From Eledone cirrhosa (taxonomy: Eukaryota): a DNA stretch of 64,000 nucleotides. The stretch covers positions 124,558,001-124,622,000 of the forward strand of contig OZ024742.1 in assembly GCA_964016885.1 (NCBI GenBank), written 5' to 3'. The notes beneath the pieces are model-generated. The model saw only the letters and a list, made by a program, of their open reading frames with translations. It searched no databases and was not told the DNA's origin. The translations under genes and the position numbers were made by a program. This document shows positions 41,483 through 54,925 of this stretch, in pieces (the first letter of the stretch is position 1; the number at the start of each line of letters is the position of its first letter).

Positions 41483-42366
41483 TACTAAGGGACATGATAC
41501 CCATAAACAAATAACACAAATTTACTGGTGTGGGTCTACAGATGAAATTGAAGTAACATTATTTATACTGATTAACTTAAGGACACAATTAAAAACAAAA
41601 AGAAGGGAAAAATAAAAAAGAGAAGTATTTTCAATAAATAATTTCTCTCCATATAAATTACAAACTAGCAGCTAATTACGCCAAGGAAAACAAAATTAGA
41701 TTTGCATATTGTAAATGGGCCCCACAAACTAGTAAAACGCAAAAGGAAAATATCAAAGAAAAAGTCCAGGAAAGAGTAAAGTAAAATAGAGAAAAAATAT
41801 ATCTCCTATAATCAGTAACCTGCAAGACTGGAGTAAAACGATGCCACCTAATACGGAAGCCAATAATGACTCAAAATATCTGAACTAAAAGTAGCACTGG
41901 AAGGTCTTATTTTAGTTGCACTAGATCAATGACTATTTGCAGAAACTGCGAAATTTGAATCAACGCCAAACTACAATATGTCTCCAACATTACAATGATA
42001 GTAGCAATATACATTAAGGAATATGCAAACAATTTCACATTAAAAATAAGCAGCTACCCGATCCATCCAAATATATTACCCAGAGGCTGAAATGAAAACA
42101 TATGGTTTCTCTTAAATTTCTGGACCCCGTCTGATTTAAATATTACTCAAAGATATATTGAAAGGCTTTATGCCCAGGAGGATTCGAAAGTGAAATTATC
42201 AAGAATTGGCATATGGCAATAGTAAGAATTTGAAACACATACAAATGGTAAATTTTGCTAGGTATATAATACAATCATTTACTGGTCGGACAACATAGTA
42301 GATTTAATGTGATCCTATTACTTTCCTCATAGAGATGTGCATAAAACCACTGAGAGTGTATACAAA

Positions 42367-42742
42367 TAATTAGTTCTAACATTGGCACCATGCCATTAAT
42401 TTTCACACGGAAGATGAAAGGCAAAGATGACATCGGTGGGATTTGAACTCAGAACGTAGAGAGCCAGAAGAAATACTGTTAAGCACTTGCTCGATGTTCT
42501 AAGGGCTCTGCTCATAGAAATATTTGTTTCGACATTAGACACAAGGCCAGCAATTGAAAGGGTAGATAAAAGCCGATTAAACCAAAACCAGTGCGTTACT
42601 GATATTTAATATTTTTGACCGCCTAAAGAGGAAAGGCAAAGCTAACCTCGGTGGGATTTGAACTTCGAATATAAAGGGACATAACTATATGCTACAACGC
42701 ATGTTTTCCGATGCTCTACCGATGCTGGCAATCTCCTGTCCT
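42367..42742 (-). mobile_element. Two tandem SINE family A-related copies
   Basis: gaaaggcaaag..tcggtgggatttgaact occurs twice. Confidence 0.75.
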
Positions 42743-43554
42743 TGCTTATAAAAATAATCACTTTAAATTAATCTGCTCCATGTGGGAGAACATTATTGTT
42801 GTTTAGCCGCAATTACACCTGAATATACCGACATTTTCTGTCCGTAACCGCACCAACACAACGAGTATATTTTCCGATAGTGTAAACAGGAAGTATTAGA
42901 GGTTAAATATAACATATCACAAGGCACACTAACTATTGAGGCATAAATCAATTCAAAAATACAAACCGACAATGAAAGACAATCTTGTGATAGATGAGAA
43001 TAACAACGTCATCAAATTGAATGGACTACGGGAAAAGGATGTCGATAACAGAAATTCTATATCGAAGATAACCTTCACAAAAGAGCTAAAGAGTATAATG
43101 AAAAATGCCAACGAAAATCTAACCGCAATAATCCAAGATCATGAATGCTATAAATCTAATTCAGTAGGTATATGGTTTAATTAAATATGTGGTGACAGTG
43201 AAGAAAGTTTCATAGAAAAATAACAACCGAAGGAACAGTGAATATACACACACATTAACTAAATCCAGATATTTCAATAACTAAATTGAAGTATGATCTG
43301 GCAATAATAGAGTAGGTATGGCAGGTAGATATAACTATGTATAAGAAGATAGAAAAGGGAAGCAAGAGATGATATGAAAAGAATCAAAGAAATATTACAA
43401 CAAATGCAATCAAAAAGCTAAATGTTACGAAGTTATGTGAAAGTTTTGCCACAAAACATTTAGTCCCATGACATTTAAAGAGACGCAAATATCTTGTAAC
43501 GATAACTTAAATAAAACAGACAATCTTTACAAATATATTTCTGCGACAGTACTT

Positions 43555-43760
43555 ATTTAATTCTTGTGGGTCTTCTTAAAATTCTATGATCCAGGTCAAC
43601 TTGGATCTCCCTTTCTCTTTTACTTACTGGCGATGGTCCAGTAATTGCCATATGTGCAAGCCTAGTGATTATAAGCCTTAGAATGTGCCCAGACCATCGA
43701 ACGCGACGCACTGCAATAGTTGAGATATCAATTTTAGAAGAATTTTCCCATTTATCATGC
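43555..43760 (-). mobile_element. RTE-like LINE C-terminal fragment
   Basis: IAVRRVRWSGHILRL...SKRER resembles RRLRWxGHVxRM...GKRxRGR. Confidence 0.55.
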
Positions 43761-44809
43761 AAAAGAAATGCCAAGGTATCCAGTATATTTGAAGAAACAT
43801 CTGAGAATATCTGACAAATCATACAATATATTAACAAATCAGTTAAAGGAGATAGAAGCAAAAACCGTGTATGTAATGAAGCAAGAGTATTAAAATACCA
43901 TAAGCTATGAAGTCTGCCATATGGTGACACTCAGGTGTTTAAGTGATCAGGCACGAAATCTAACAACACTCCAATCCGTAAAAGCAAATATCAATCAAGT
44001 GATTGTTAATCAATTCAGAAATTTTGAGATGTCTTACTAAAGATAATTCCTAGCTTAATCTTAAAGTTACAGAGAAAACATAGAGCCAAAGAGTAGAGAG
44101 CCTTCATTGGCGTAACACGTGCTAAAACCGCAGCTAAATCAGAATGACATCCTAGCGCCATTAAAGGATAGACATATTAGTTGAAGTATATCTTGCAGGT
44201 GAGTTGGCTACTGATATAATATATTGATCATATATCCAATCGATCAGAGCTGGTTAAAGTTAAACAAAAACATTGCCAACACTGGAAAAGGTCATATAGT
44301 TGTATGGAGTTAACACACCAGACCACTAAGCTAATATCTGAAAGAAACAAAACAACATTGTTAATTCAAACACAACAGAACTCAATGACTGACTGAACAA
44401 AGTTATACAACAAAGGTTTTAACATAAAGCTTTGGTTAGACAAATGTAGCATGACAAGAATAGTGACTGGATCGAAAGTAATCAAAGACTGCACATAAAA
44501 TCAATACAAATGTAACGACACCACATGTAAATGATAGAGAAAAACAGACAAGAAAAAAACAAACAAACAAAAAACAAAGATGGTTTATGTCTGAATTGTG
44601 TTATGAAATAATTCTAACAAGGCCAGCAATTTAGGGAGAGGGGAAATTTGATCATATTGTCCCAAATACGTAAGAGGTAATTTATTCCATCGATCCCGGC
44701 AGTGTGAACGACATTGTTAACAACAATGTGATTTGATCTCATAATGAAATCTGCCGGATATATCCAACGCTCTAAAGTTTCTGCTGAAACCTCACCCCAA
44801 TAATGAAGA

Positions 44810-45152
44810 TTTCTACTTTAGATTCAAAACCAGAGTTGACAGTCGGTTATATGGACACCAGTACTTAACTGGTATTTTATTTCACTGAAACCAGAATGTT
44901 CATAATGTCGTGAGTTCATTCCTGGGCGGGGTAGTGGGTTGTGTTCTTGAGCACAACACTTCATTTCACGTCGCTCCAGTATACTCAGTTGAAAAGGAGT
45001 ACCAGTAGTAGCTGTGGGTTTAAACTAGCAATATACTGGCGTCTTGTCCAGTGAGGAGCCATATACTCTGTCAGTTCACGCCACGGAAACCGACATTACA
45101 CTTTATGAAAAATGAAAGGCAAATGTAACCTCGACTGGATTTGAACTCAGAA
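44810..45152. mobile_element. SINE family B (+, about 44900-45095) nested inside a split SINE family A (-)
   Basis: Family A sequence stops near 44895 and resumes at gaaaggcaaatgtaacctcg (about 45114); the insert matches 63225-63420. Confidence 0.65.
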
Positions 45153-45465
45153 CCATCGTGATTTGTATTACATCACATCTTACAATTACACATAACTAAC
45201 TTTAATTTTATTTCCTCCCAGTTTTAAGGACATTATCAAGCGTTAAAGTTTTAGTAATAACGATTATCGTTAGTAGACGAATAAATAGTTGCCAACAACT
45301 AACCACTTCACCAAAAAAAGAATAAATGACCACACACAGGCTAATAAACACTTAACAGTAATTGCAATAAAAACATGCAAATATTTCATTATAGGACTAC
45401 GGATGATCAGAGCAGTATAGAAGGTTCATTATAGCGTTGGTGTCTGCAGTATTTATTCCGGATCG

Positions 45466-45648
45466 TGGATTGGCAGTATCGGTAGAGGGTCGGACGCCAT
45501 GCTTTCTAGCATAGTTACGTCCCTTTACGATCTGAGTTCAAATCCCGCCGAGGTTGACTTTGCCTTTCATCCTTACGGGGTCGATAAAATAAAGTACCAG
45601 TAATGCACTGGGTAATTGCTGGCCTTGTGCCTAAAGTAGAAACAATTA
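45466..45648 (+). mobile_element. tRNA-derived SINE family A, well-preserved copy
   Basis: A box TGGCAGTATCGG, B box GAGTTCAAATCC, central gcctttcatccttacggggtcgataaaataaagtaccag, tail ggccttgtgcc..gaaacaattat. Confidence 0.9.
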
Positions 45649-46300
45649 TGTTCTAAGCTCAAATCATACTGAGTAATATTTGTCTTTCAGCTTTCCGGGT
45701 TGGAGATTTGATCAAGTAATGTCCCCTCCTCACATTTGAAGGTTTATACTAATGTTAGAAATGATTATTTGGATTGTGCAATCATGTAAATTTAGGTATT
45801 TAATTCAATTGGTCTTATATTCTTGTCATCCCTCTCGCCCACACCTACATTCATTGCATGTGATGTATGAGGGCAGGTCTTACTTCTGTTAATAGGAAAT
45901 CCACATAATGGAGTTGGAAAGACATATGCCACTGATACATGAAGGCTGTGTTTGTTCCATATTCAACATAACCGATTAAGAATGGAAGAGGGCCAAATAA
46001 AGTGAGGCGGGAGAGAATAGAGACGCCCCCAGTATTTGACCAATATTTTATTTCTCGACTTAAATACTGAAAACTAAGACCGAGCTCTGCGAGGTTTGAG
46101 CTAAGAGGGCAGTAAAAATGACGCAGAATCTATCTGACACCAATTAAAAATGTGTAACTCAGTAAAGACTAATCGTATAAATTAAGGAATTAAAAAAATA
46201 GAACTCGCATCAAAAGAATGTTCATAGATAACATTATAAAGAAATGCTGCAACATGATGTAAAAATGATATTTACCATATGCTGACATCACCTTTTGTGA

Positions 46301-46415
46301 AGGCACGTGGCTTAGTGTTCAGAGAGTTCAATTTACAAACTTGAGATGCCAGTTCGATTCGCGAGACCGGGCGATGTGTTATATCTTTGAGGAAGGCACT
46401 TTATTTCACGTAGCT
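46301..46415 (+). mobile_element. SINE family B, 5' part
   Basis: ggcacgtggcttagtg..agttcgattc..ctttgaggaaggcactttatttcacg matches 63190-63295. Confidence 0.7.
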
Positions 46416-46577
46416 TTTTCTAACATGAGTTGCGACTGGTAAATAGTATCAGCAATGGAAAGACATTGCTTCTTTCGTCCGATTTGTTGGTTTTACACCA
46501 CACTCACTAAACGAGCCAGACCTGAGACCCTAGTGAGTAAAGAAAATTTATTAAACATAAATAGTTATGCGTGTAAA

Positions 46578-46771
46578 TAATTGTTTCTACTTTTCGCACA
46601 AGGCCAGCAATTACCCAGTGCATTACTGCTGCTTTATTTTATCAACACCGTAAGGATGAAAGGCAAAGTTAACCTCGGCGGGATTTGAACTCAAATCATA
46701 AAGGACCGTAAATCGATGCTGCAAAGCATGGCGTCACACCCTCTACCGATACTGCTAATCCACCGCCCTTT
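46578..46771 (-). mobile_element. SINE family A with 13-bp target-site duplication
   Basis: cgtgtaaataatt at 46570 and at 46772. Confidence 0.9.
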
Positions 46772-47726
46772 CGTGTAAATAATTTCAAACCCGATGCCTA
46801 ACATGAAATAATATATACAATCAAAGCTCATGAAAGGGCTCTATCACGACTGACGCCTTGCTAGAAATTACTACTAAATCTCCCGCAAATCGTATCCTGC
46901 CGTCCCAGACGGAGGAACCACCAATTGTGCAATATCCTTAGGAGTAGTCTATTCCAGGGGAAATAAATTCGATCGGGGAAAGCTGAAATGGTTTTGTCTA
47001 CTTAAACTCAATATGAAACAATTTTGGATTTAACAACAACAAAAGAAAACAAAATATGTCTTGTGTTATTTCTTCCAGTTTTTGCTTATCAGGATAAATA
47101 AAATAAACTATAATCCAGGGTAGTGTATAATTGGAATATTTAGAGTGTCGGGCGAGAGGGCTTGTGGTATTTTTATTTTTCAACGTGGTTTGCGTTCAAA
47201 TCTTAATTTGGCCTATATGGTGATAGACTGGCATTCCTTCCATGGATAAACATTAGAAAAAGAAAGAAATAAACGATAGAAAAAAGCTTAAATAAGAAGC
47301 CAGATGTAGAACAGATGAACAAATCAATAGAGAAATAAATCACAAAATAAGTGAAGCAGGAAATATTTGATCAACAAATCTTTGAAGCGACAGAGAAAAC
47401 CAACATACAACGATAATCTAAATGTAAACTAAACCAACAGAACAATAAACGATTAATATCAAACGACAGAATATAAACTATAATTCAAAAGGTCAGTCAA
47501 TGCATAAATTATTCAATTAACCACTCGGCCATATATATATATATATATATATATACGAAGGCGGCAAATAGTGAAAGTCGCTAGAACATCGGAGAGAATG
47601 CTTTACCGTATTCGTTGAGACCCCATTGCATTTCATCCTTACATGTTTGATAAAAAAAACCTACAAGACCGGTAGAGGGATCGATTATTCCTCCATATCA
47701 TTTTCCCGTTATCTCTCTCACTCCCA

Positions 47727-47760
<34 letters not shown>

Positions 47761-48599
47761 ATATATTTATCTTTCGCACACAAAGACACAAACACTTTCT
47801 GCCGCTTTCTCTAACCTTCGCTGTAAATTAATCGGCGCAGAGCATAGGTACCGACAATAAGTTACATGAATAATATTTGTTATACTTTAACTTGCTTCAG
47901 CCAGTCTTCTGCAAACATACTGAGGCAGGTTCAGCCAGGATTTCCACTTGCCCATATAGATAATAATATTAATATTCTAGCTCTAATTTTATTGATGTTT
48001 TTTTAACTAAAGTTAGCGGTAGGAATGTTGTACATAGAGGGAAACAACAACGGCATATCCGGTGAAGATAGACACATACAACGCATAAATATTCAGTGTG
48101 GAAATACATGGAAAATTACCTTCGGATGAAGGAATATTCGTTAGAGTATTGTGGAGGTGTATGCACGTAATTATTTCAAAATATGATATATCTGCGGACA
48201 ACGTTTATGCATCATCACCGTTCACGTTTACGTGTCATAAATACTGTATTTATTTTGTTGTATGGAATTGCCAGCTTTAGAGGGAGAATGCATAAGTCTG
48301 TAAACTGAATGTGCTTATAAGTGTGCGAGTGTTTATTTGTGGAATATATTTACTAATCGAAAATATTTATTAATCGAATATATTTATTAATCGAATATAT
48401 TTATTAATCGCAACTGATTACTCGGACTTTTACAAAGTGCTGAAAATATAAAGTTAATATAAAGAACGATGTGCTCATGCGTAACGATTCTATAAAATAG
48501 CTTATATAATAGAGTGAAGACCCTTAAAAGACGGAATAGGAAGTTACCATCGGTCGCTATGAGGAATCGAACTCCATATCTCCCAGATACCATTTAAGC

Positions 48600-49270
48600 G
48601 CTTTAGCTCATTAAGGCAAGTGAACGTCTTCGGTTGGTAGTTGAATCACAGATTTCACATGTCAACATATTAATGTTGTACTCAACTATGTGGCCATTTA
48701 TTATAAGCGTCGATATTTCTCTTCATGTACCAACGTATGAATCTGTGTAGGTGTAGTTGTTTGTCGCCATTTATTTCATCTAATCTCTTTTTTCCTTCTC
48801 AAATTCTGTTAATGGTTATTTTGATTTCAGCTTACTCTTATGTCCCATCGGCTGAATTCCTTATGCTTTCTGCTCTGACATATATTTACGCTTTTGTAGA
48901 CACTATTCTACGACCAAATCACCCTGAAAATATAGTTTCTCGTCCAAATACCGAGGTTGAGCATTGTCAAGCCTATCAGTTCTTATATGGTTGCCTCCTT
49001 GGCAAACCTAGATGCTGTAGCCACTTTTTATTCAATTCTCGAGCCGGGTGCTGAGTTGTGCCGTTCCCTTAAACAATATCAGTGGTGTGGAGGAATTAGA
49101 TTGGTATGCATAGGTGACTGCTTTTTCTCCACAAAAACACATTGCCTGAGATGGTGCCTCAGAGGGTAATCTTCAAGGGAAAAACTCATGATTATTCGCG
49201 ACCAAACGATGTCTTCACCCAGTGGACACTGGCATTATCTGGACCTTTTCTCTGATGGTCTAGCATTTAG
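48600..49270 (-). mobile_element. Possible degraded 5' UTR and APE start of an RTE-type LINE
   Basis: Weak resemblance only (..GT*REIST..IVEYNINML); heavily mutated. Confidence 0.25.
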
Positions 49271-50554
49271 TCTTGCTTTTCATTCCTCTTGCTGGTTAAT
49301 ATACCATCAAACTCGTTAGGTAATGTTTTTTTCTCCAGGTAGAATCTCACGATCATCGGTATCCGCATCAAGCAGAGTGTTATTAATGATACGGAACGGG
49401 AATGAAGTATCAATATAGCATGGGTATAATATTATTCACATGTGACACGTGTTTCGCTATCCATCAGCCGAAGCTAAGATCGGGAGTGATTGTGCCCGTG
49501 GTTGGAATCGATAGCTCATCAGAATTGTGGTTTCTGGAATGAATGGAATTATCTCTGTCACAGTTATAAATATAATTTATCAGTCAAATTCAATTGTAGT
49601 GTTAGTATATCTCTTGCAATTCATTAGTAGCGGGTATATAGTAATGCTGTGTAACAGTGTCGGCGACGGCAGTAGGTGAGTATTGAAGAGGTTTGTTGAA
49701 GAGAATTATATTGAATATAAAAATGATAATAAAAAATAATAAAATAAAGAATCGAGGCGAGAGAAAAAAAGAAAAACAAGACAACACTGATAATTTTGTT
49801 CGTTGATAGATTAAGATATTGTCGAAGTAGTGTGTTTGAACATGGCGCTGGCTTACTTTTGGACATTCCCTTTTATATTGGAAGATTCCACTCTGACTCA
49901 ATTCGCTCATTGAGTAATTCGAATAGCCTGTTATTTTTGGCCCTAGGAATCTATCCCATGAAGCTGAATACCAACATTAACGTGGATGTGGGGTGAGGTA
50001 TATTATACCCTTATACAAGTAAACACTACAACATATCTCACAGGACTTTAATTTCAACATCTGTATATTCGCTATGACATTTTATAATGCCAATAAGTTC
50101 TATATTTGTGAAATTTTAAATTTATTGATTATATTAATTTAATTTATTGTTATTTTTCTCTTGTCGTTTCACTCAAATTTTCCCTTACACGATATCGAAT
50201 GCTTTGTGAAGAATTTGGTGGGAATCGGAAGGTAAACGTGTTGTTACTATGACCACTACCACTTGATTATAGAGAGAAGAGAGGAGAATAAAGTTTTCTT
50301 AAAAACTTTTGACTTCATACTTATAGCTTGTGGGTTGTGGAGTGGTATTGTTTATTCTAACTTTATTACACCAGTTAAACATATTTACACAGCAAGTTGG
50401 TTTGATGAGAATATGCCCAAATATATATTGGCAAGAAATTATGCGTTGATTAAGTGTCAACAAAATTAGTGCAAGTTGAGAGAGATCCGGATGAAGTTAA
50501 ATGTCATATTAGGTTTTCCCTGCCATGTTTGTTTCCCTTGATTTGAACACAAAT
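49271..50554. repeat. 1.3-kb direct repeat, copy 2
   Basis: See 38972-40261. Confidence 0.95.
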
Positions 50555-50849
50555 CTCATGTGATTGAAGTATTTCCCCCTCTGAAAGGTACTGAACATTG
50601 CGCACGCGCCGGCACATACACACACACTTACTCAGACACAAACACACACACACACATAGACGCATATATATGTGTGTGTGTGTGTATATATATATACATA
50701 TTTGCCCCGTAACGCCTGATAGCGTCGTAGTGGCACCGTGTTGACATATGGCGATTCCTGGGCATTTAAAGCCTGGCGTGGCCCATTCATCTCTAAGCCA
50801 GAGTACACCAGATTTCTTTCAGAAAAAGAGAAAGAGATATTGAGGAAGA

Positions 50850-51005
50850 ATCGATCCAAGCAGTAAACTCGTACATGTTTTATACCGACCTTGAAATGAG
50901 GATAGGCAATTGACCTCGGCGGGATTTGAACACTGAGAGGCAGAGAGAAGGAACGAATACCATAAAGCATTCAATTCGACGTTCTAACGACTCTGCCAAT
51001 TTACC
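50850..51005 (-). mobile_element. Diverged SINE related to family A
   Basis: ggcaattgacctcggcgggatttgaac..ctaacgactctgccaat. Confidence 0.7.
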
Positions 51006-51021
51006 ACACACACACACAGTC

Positions 51022-51874
51022 ATTTATTAAAATAACATATTAAAGTTTAAGCAAAGAATCGCTGCTTTCACCCTTAACAGGATCTTCTGAAACTAAAAAA
51101 GTCAATCTGTGAACGCAGAAGTAAATATTTCAAAAGACGTTGCAACCGGAGGAAGACAAGAAGACGATACTCACAAAGAACGGGAAAAAACGAAGATAAT
51201 ACGTCATTATTTGGAGCGGTGAAAAACGAGTACACGCAAAGTCAAAACCACGTTTATGGTATAAAAGAAGTCGTAGACTAATATTCTATTAGGTGGTTCA
51301 TGGAGACGTTCTCTGGCAATGAACAAAAAAAACGAAGATAATACGTTATTATGTGGAGCGGGAAGAACAATTACACGCAAAGACAAAGCCACGTAAATGG
51401 TATAACTGAAGTCGTAGACTAAAATTCTAACTAGGAAACAGAATGATTCTCGGCTTCAGAGTTAAGAATAAAGTAAATAAAATACAGAGGTAATTGAAAT
51501 TAAATAAATACATACACAAATCCATATACGTACATACACAAGCATACGCGAAAACACTCACCATAGGTATACAAATACAAGCACGTACACACAAAAAACC
51601 ACGACTTCTTTTCTACCATAAACGTGGTTTTGTCTTTGCGTGTAATTCTTTTTCACCGTTCCAAATAATGACGTATTATCTTCGTTTTTTCCCGTACTTT
51701 GCCAGGGGACGTTTCCACGAACATAAGTATCGTCTCCCTGTCTTCCTGCGGTTGCAACATTTTTGGAAATATTTACTTCTGCTTTCACAGATTGACTTTT
51801 TTAGTTTCAGAAAATCCCGTTAAGGGTGAAAGCAGCGATTCTTTGCTTAAACTTTAATCTGTTATTTTAATAAA
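51022..51874. repeat. Foldback/MITE-like element with imperfect inverted arms of about 250 bp
   Basis: 51022-51273 is the reverse complement of about 51601-51874; an internal tandem repeat spans about 51185-51430; the terminal 35 bp recur at 58390-58424. Confidence 0.85.
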
Positions 51875-51977
51875 TATTTGATCTACGGTTCTTATATATT
51901 TGATATATATTTATCCTTATCGAGCCCTCTTTGGATTTTAGTCTTCTAATTTATTATTATTACTATATATATATATA

Positions 51978-52086
51978 TATAAACGGAAAAAATGAAACGA
52001 AATTTCATTTCTCACTCTTAGTACGGCTGTTACTTAAATATAAGTATGTATACGTACATACATATATGTATACAGACGCACAGTAG

Positions 52087-52124
<38 letters not shown>

Positions 52125-52656
52125 CATGCACGCATATATATATGTACGTATGGATTCACCGAACATTTATTATAATGCTCGGTGTGTTTGTAAACAAACA
52201 TCCCGAATTAAGCCGTACAGTGTCTAGCAACCATCGTTGCTCATTTGTTCAACACTGACAAAGGAACGCTGTACTAGTTTCAAGTTTATTAACTATCGTC
52301 AGCAATAATCATCTGGCAGGAAGGTGTACGTCTCTATACCTATATGTACGTATACATACTTATATTTAAGTAACTGCCGTACTAAGAGTGAGAAATGAAA
52401 TTTTGTTTCATTTTTTCAGTTTATCGTTTTCGGCGCGCCCGGCCGATTAACTCACTTGATATGCAAATTAGGCTACTCAGCCATTAATATGCATAAGGAA
52501 AGTATATACTTTCAGACGTTCAATCATCTGGCAGGAAGGTATACATTGCTGACGCTAGCTAATAAGCTTGAAACTAGTACAGCGTTCCTTTGTCAGTGTT
52601 GAACAAATGAGCAACGATGGTTGCTAGACACTGTAGGGCTTAATTCGGGAGGTTTG
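51978..52656. repeat. Two interleaved inverted-repeat pairs (A 51978-52060 / A' 52342-52423; B 52195-52306 / B' 52545-52656)
   Basis: Direct reverse-complement matching by eye. Confidence 0.85.
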
Positions 52657-52660
52657 GAAC

Positions 52661-53175
52661 TATATAATACATTATGAAGAGAGAAGAAACATTAGATATA
52701 ATTAATAATAAGATATATCATACCTAAACTCCTTCTTTACTCCTTAACTAAATCTCTTTTGTCGAATAACCATTGAAGTGTAATGACTGCTGGAAAGCTA
52801 TGATTACTCATACTTCTCGCCACCTTAGCCACCTCTTCTACGGCTTTGATATAAATACCCCCTCCACATCCGTGGTATTTTTTTCATGGTTATAAGAGGC
52901 TTAGCTGTGTTTCTTGACCGCTGTATCACGTGATTGACCCCCCCTTCGCCTTTCGGGATTCTATCTCGAGTCCTACGGACGGGTTTTAATATTCTTAATG
53001 AGGTATCTTCTTGATATGTCGGTAGACCTCACAAAAATTCTATATCTCTGTGATGTAGTGTTTTTGCATAATATGCCACGAAACTACGTAGTCGAGGAGT
53101 AAAGAAGGAGTTTAGGTATGGTATATCTTATTAATTATATCTAATGTTTCTTCTCTCTTCATAATGTATTATATA
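52661..53175. repeat. TA-flanked element with terminal inverted repeats of about 83 bp
   Basis: 52661-52744 is the reverse complement of 53095-53175. Confidence 0.85.
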
Positions 53176-53184
53176 TATATATAT

Positions 53185-53411
53185 ATTATAAATATAAGCT
53201 ATCGTATTTTGACTAAAGAAATTAAATAAATTATTTAGCCTGATAGTGGGGTTAAGAACCCTCGGAGAAATGGAAAAAGATGAGTATTGACGTACATGTA
53301 CGTCAATACTCATCTTTTTCCATTTCTCCGAGGGTTCTTAACCCCACTATCAGGCTAAATAATTTCTTTAATTTCTTCAGTCAAAATACGGCGATAGGTT
53401 ATATTTATAAT
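53185..53411. repeat. Near-perfect spacerless palindrome of about 225 bp
   Basis: Centre gacgtaca|tgtacgtc at 53296/53297; the few mismatches and one 3-nt indel are in the outer arms. Confidence 0.95.
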
Positions 53412-53509
53412 TTCAAACTCGCTCGCTGTTTCGAAAATATTCTTACTTGATATAGATATGTATAATTAGAAAGTAGACAAAACAAAATATAACTACTCCA
53501 TACCAAAGG

Positions 53510-53576
<67 letters not shown>

Positions 53577-53588
53577 ATATGTATATGT

Positions 53589-53629
<41 letters not shown>

Positions 53630-53677
53630 TATATATGTATGTATGTATATATATATATATATATATGTATGTATATA

Positions 53678-53745
<68 letters not shown>
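53510..53745. repeat. (TA)n/(TATG)n microsatellite
   Basis: Seen directly. Confidence 0.95.
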
Positions 53746-53747
<2 letters not shown>

Positions 53748-54288
53748 TTTACTGCTTTAGAAATCAATCAATCAATCTATGCTTTCTTTGAAATATGTTC
53801 GGTCAGACAGAGAGTGACATTTGCCCGAAGTAGTCGTATTTTGTCTGGCCAGGTCTGAATGCCAAATATATGCTAGATTCTTAGAGTTATTTGTTTAACT
53901 ATCTACACTTTAGTTGATTATGATGCATACACGTTTTAAAATACTTTCAAGTTGTACGTGAGCTGTAGTTTTAGTCTTCAGAATAGACTGAACATTTCAT
54001 TTTGTTAATGGTTAATCCTAGATCAGCTCTTGATGAAGAAATCGATGATCAAGCCTCTTTTGAGACAAACACGTGTTGGAATATTTCGGTGATTTAACAT
54101 ATAGTGTGTGATAAGAAATTTCTAATCTTTCGATCAATCCATAATTACTGGTAAACGTCAAGCGTTGTTTCATACCTCAAGGCAACTTACCCGATTCCCA
54201 GAGGAGGAGAGAATGTGTGTATGTGTGTGTGTGTGAGATAGAGATGGAGAGAGAGAGAGAGATGGAGAGAGAGAGAGAGGGGGAGAGA

Positions 54289-54364
<76 letters not shown>

Positions 54365-54539
54365 GTGTTAATGTTTGTATATGTGCGTGTAGTTGAGAAG
54401 AAGCGAGAGATTCAGGAATCGTCCCAAGTCCTTCACTAATATATTATTTGGCATGTTTTAAGCACATAGCACAAGGAATCAGAGAAAATTATGCCAGGCA
54501 TTCTAAAGAACGTTTCAACGATTCGGCCAATCTCATTAC

Positions 54540-54925
54540 AGGCAATCAGCAGAGTGTCGGACGCTATGCTTTGACGTCTAGAGTTACGGCCCTTGCCATT
54601 ATGAGTTCGAATCCCGCCGAGGTTAACTTTCCCTTTCATCTTTACGGGGTCGATAAAATAAAGTACCAGTAATCTACTGGGTAATTTCTGGCCTTGTTCT
54701 CCAAACTAGAAACAATTATCTAATATATATGGGTGGTGGATTGACAGTATAGGTAGAGGGACGGATGCCATGATTTGCAGCATTGAGTTACGGACCTTTA
54801 CGGTCCGAATTCAAATACCATCGAGGTTAACTTTGCATTTCATCCTGACGAGTTCGATAAAATAAAGTACCAGTAATGCACTGAGATAATTGCTGGCATG
54901 TGCCGGGAGTAGAAATAATTATCTA
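54540..54925 (+). mobile_element. Two tandem SINE family A copies
   Basis: 54540-54720 and 54730-54922, both followed by aattatctaata. Confidence 0.88.

Noticed and set aside
45466-45546. A/B-box segments as tRNA genes
   Set aside because: No cloverleaf; these are SINE heads.
48345-48410. Short tandem units tatttattaatcgaa considered as CRISPR-like
   Set aside because: No unique spacers and a eukaryotic context; a simple minisatellite.
38972-50554. The 1.3-kb direct repeats as the two LTRs of a retrotransposon
   Set aside because: No TG..CA termini, PBS, PPT or gag/pol remnant between them; the interior is SINE-rich old DNA.
53238-53275. ctgatag-ggggtt/aaccc-gaaa in the palindrome arm as a hammerhead
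   Set aside because: The core is non-canonical and there is no stem III or NUH site.
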